From contig JACPUR010000014.1 of the NCBI GenBank assembly GCA_016192135.1, positions 10,909-74,908 on the forward strand: a stretch of 64,000 bases of DNA, written 5' to 3'. Both the position numbers and the translations under genes were made by a program. Numbering within the stretch: position 1 is the first letter of the stretch; each line of letters opens with the position of its first letter. Shown here one piece after another: positions 63,258 through 64,000 of the stretch. The notes beneath the pieces were generated by a model. The model searched no databases, was not told the origin of the DNA, and worked only from the letters and a program-made list of their open reading frames with translations. This stretch comes from Candidatus Tectimicrobiota bacterium (lineage in GTDB: Bacteria; UBA8248).

Positions 63258-63796
63258 CACGGCACCTCCCGCGGCGCGCGAAGGCACCCCCGGCGATTCT
63301 CTCCTTGAAACCGCATAATCGCCTCCCGAATCGGGAAAGGCGGACATCTGAACGGCAATATCCCGGCGGGTGCTGCCCGGCCGGGGTGGTGCGGAGAACG
63401 GCAAAGAACGGAAAGGCGTCTCGGCAGGCTTTTGTGGATAGCGGACTTTCCGGAAACGGCTCTAGCAGATTGTCTGAGGGGCCCCTCAGTTTCGGCGGAA
63501 ACCGGGGACCTCCGATGCGGGTTTAGGCCTGGGAGGCCCTGAGTCAACCGCCCCGCTCGACCCCACTCAATATATATGCCGTGCGGCATGATCTCCAGTT
63601 TTCTTTTGAGTGAGTGCCGGAGAGTCGACTACACTGTCATATTTTCTCATAATGACGGGGATAATTCTCTTGACAAATTGATACGGATATCTAGACTGTC
63701 CGGATGTCCGGACTGTTTAATTTGGTTCGCCCCAAAGGGGCGCCTCCCAAATTCATCATCAATTGAATTCATATTCGCCCTAGGATATTTCCTCTT

Positions 63797-64000
63797 ATGC
63801 ACCCCATCGCGGTTCAGCGAGCCGTTGAATTCCTGGGCCAGTTCACCAAAACCGCTCGCCCTGATATCTCCCGCCTGGTGGTCGAGATCCAGGACGAGAA
63901 GCCCAATCCGGCCTTCACGATATTTTACCGGAACGGCAAGTCCCTGAGCGGCTCTCTTCCCTTGCAGCGGCCCCTGAGCGATTCCCCCGAAGAATCCGGC
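63797..64000 (+). CDS. 5' part of a CDS running off the window (MHPIAVQRAVEFLGQFTKTARPDISRLVVEIQDE…), unknown function
   Basis: ATG 63797 with the frame open to the window end. Preceded by an AT-rich region with promoter-like and palindromic elements. Confidence 0.4.
   Translation, partial: MHPIAVQRAVEFLGQFTKTARPDISRLVVEIQDEKPNPAFTIFYRNGKSLSGSLPLQRPLSDSPEESG

Noticed and set aside
63257-63589. The 110-aa minus-strand ORF and the 123-aa plus-strand ORF (63576-63947) in the control region.
   Set aside because: There is no RBS, the composition is odd, and they overlap better-supported features (the XRE gene start, and the ATG 63797 frame). They are likely non-coding.

Overview
Very GC-rich bacterial chromosomal segment (GC judged by eye, not computed), most likely from an uncultured soil or sediment lineage; I cannot assign taxonomy from sequence alone. 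About 55 genes are supported. Most are ordinary catabolism and transport genes: a sodium:solute symporter, a xanthine-dehydrogenase-family Mo subunit, gamma-glutamyltransferase, two amidases, a CocE/NonD hydrolase, two acyl-CoA dehydrogenases, an SDR, split MaoC/hotdog hydratases, an ADP-forming acyl-CoA synthetase, and an IclR/DapA-like/NIPSNAP set. There are also four family-5 ABC substrate-binding proteins (three in tandem) with two permeases but no ATPase, an M20 peptidase, MDR dehydrogenases and fumC. An ArsR-centred stress cluster carries 2 DinB, DUF899 and 3 SRPBCC genes. Two tRNAs, Thr-CGU and Lys-UUU, flank a U32-family gene. A 2310-aa sensor histidine kinase carries nine tandem GAF domains. 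The backbone is interrupted by six short low-GC islets (about 2140-3125, 6740-6980, 15100-16040, 17890-18940, 44790-45650 and 63420-63800) that hold orphan or conflict-type genes. Nearly every intergenic region contains members of at least four short palindromic repeat families. The most interesting items are: (1) a DUF1573-like lipoprotein gene with an in-frame UGA followed at 11 nt by a SECIS-like hairpin, making it a candidate selenoprotein; (2) a densely structured, terminator-capped ncRNA of about 250 nt that converges on and overlaps a nuclease-like orphan gene in a low-GC islet; (3) a low-GC islet with a small HTH protein and a TIR/nucleoside-deoxyribosyltransferase-like protein; (4) the 9-GAF kinase with CxxC-bearing GAF modules and near-identical internal DNA repeats; (5) a SLATT-like 2TM protein next to tRNA-Lys. 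All functional calls rest on motif recognition in the translated ORFs; no database search was run.
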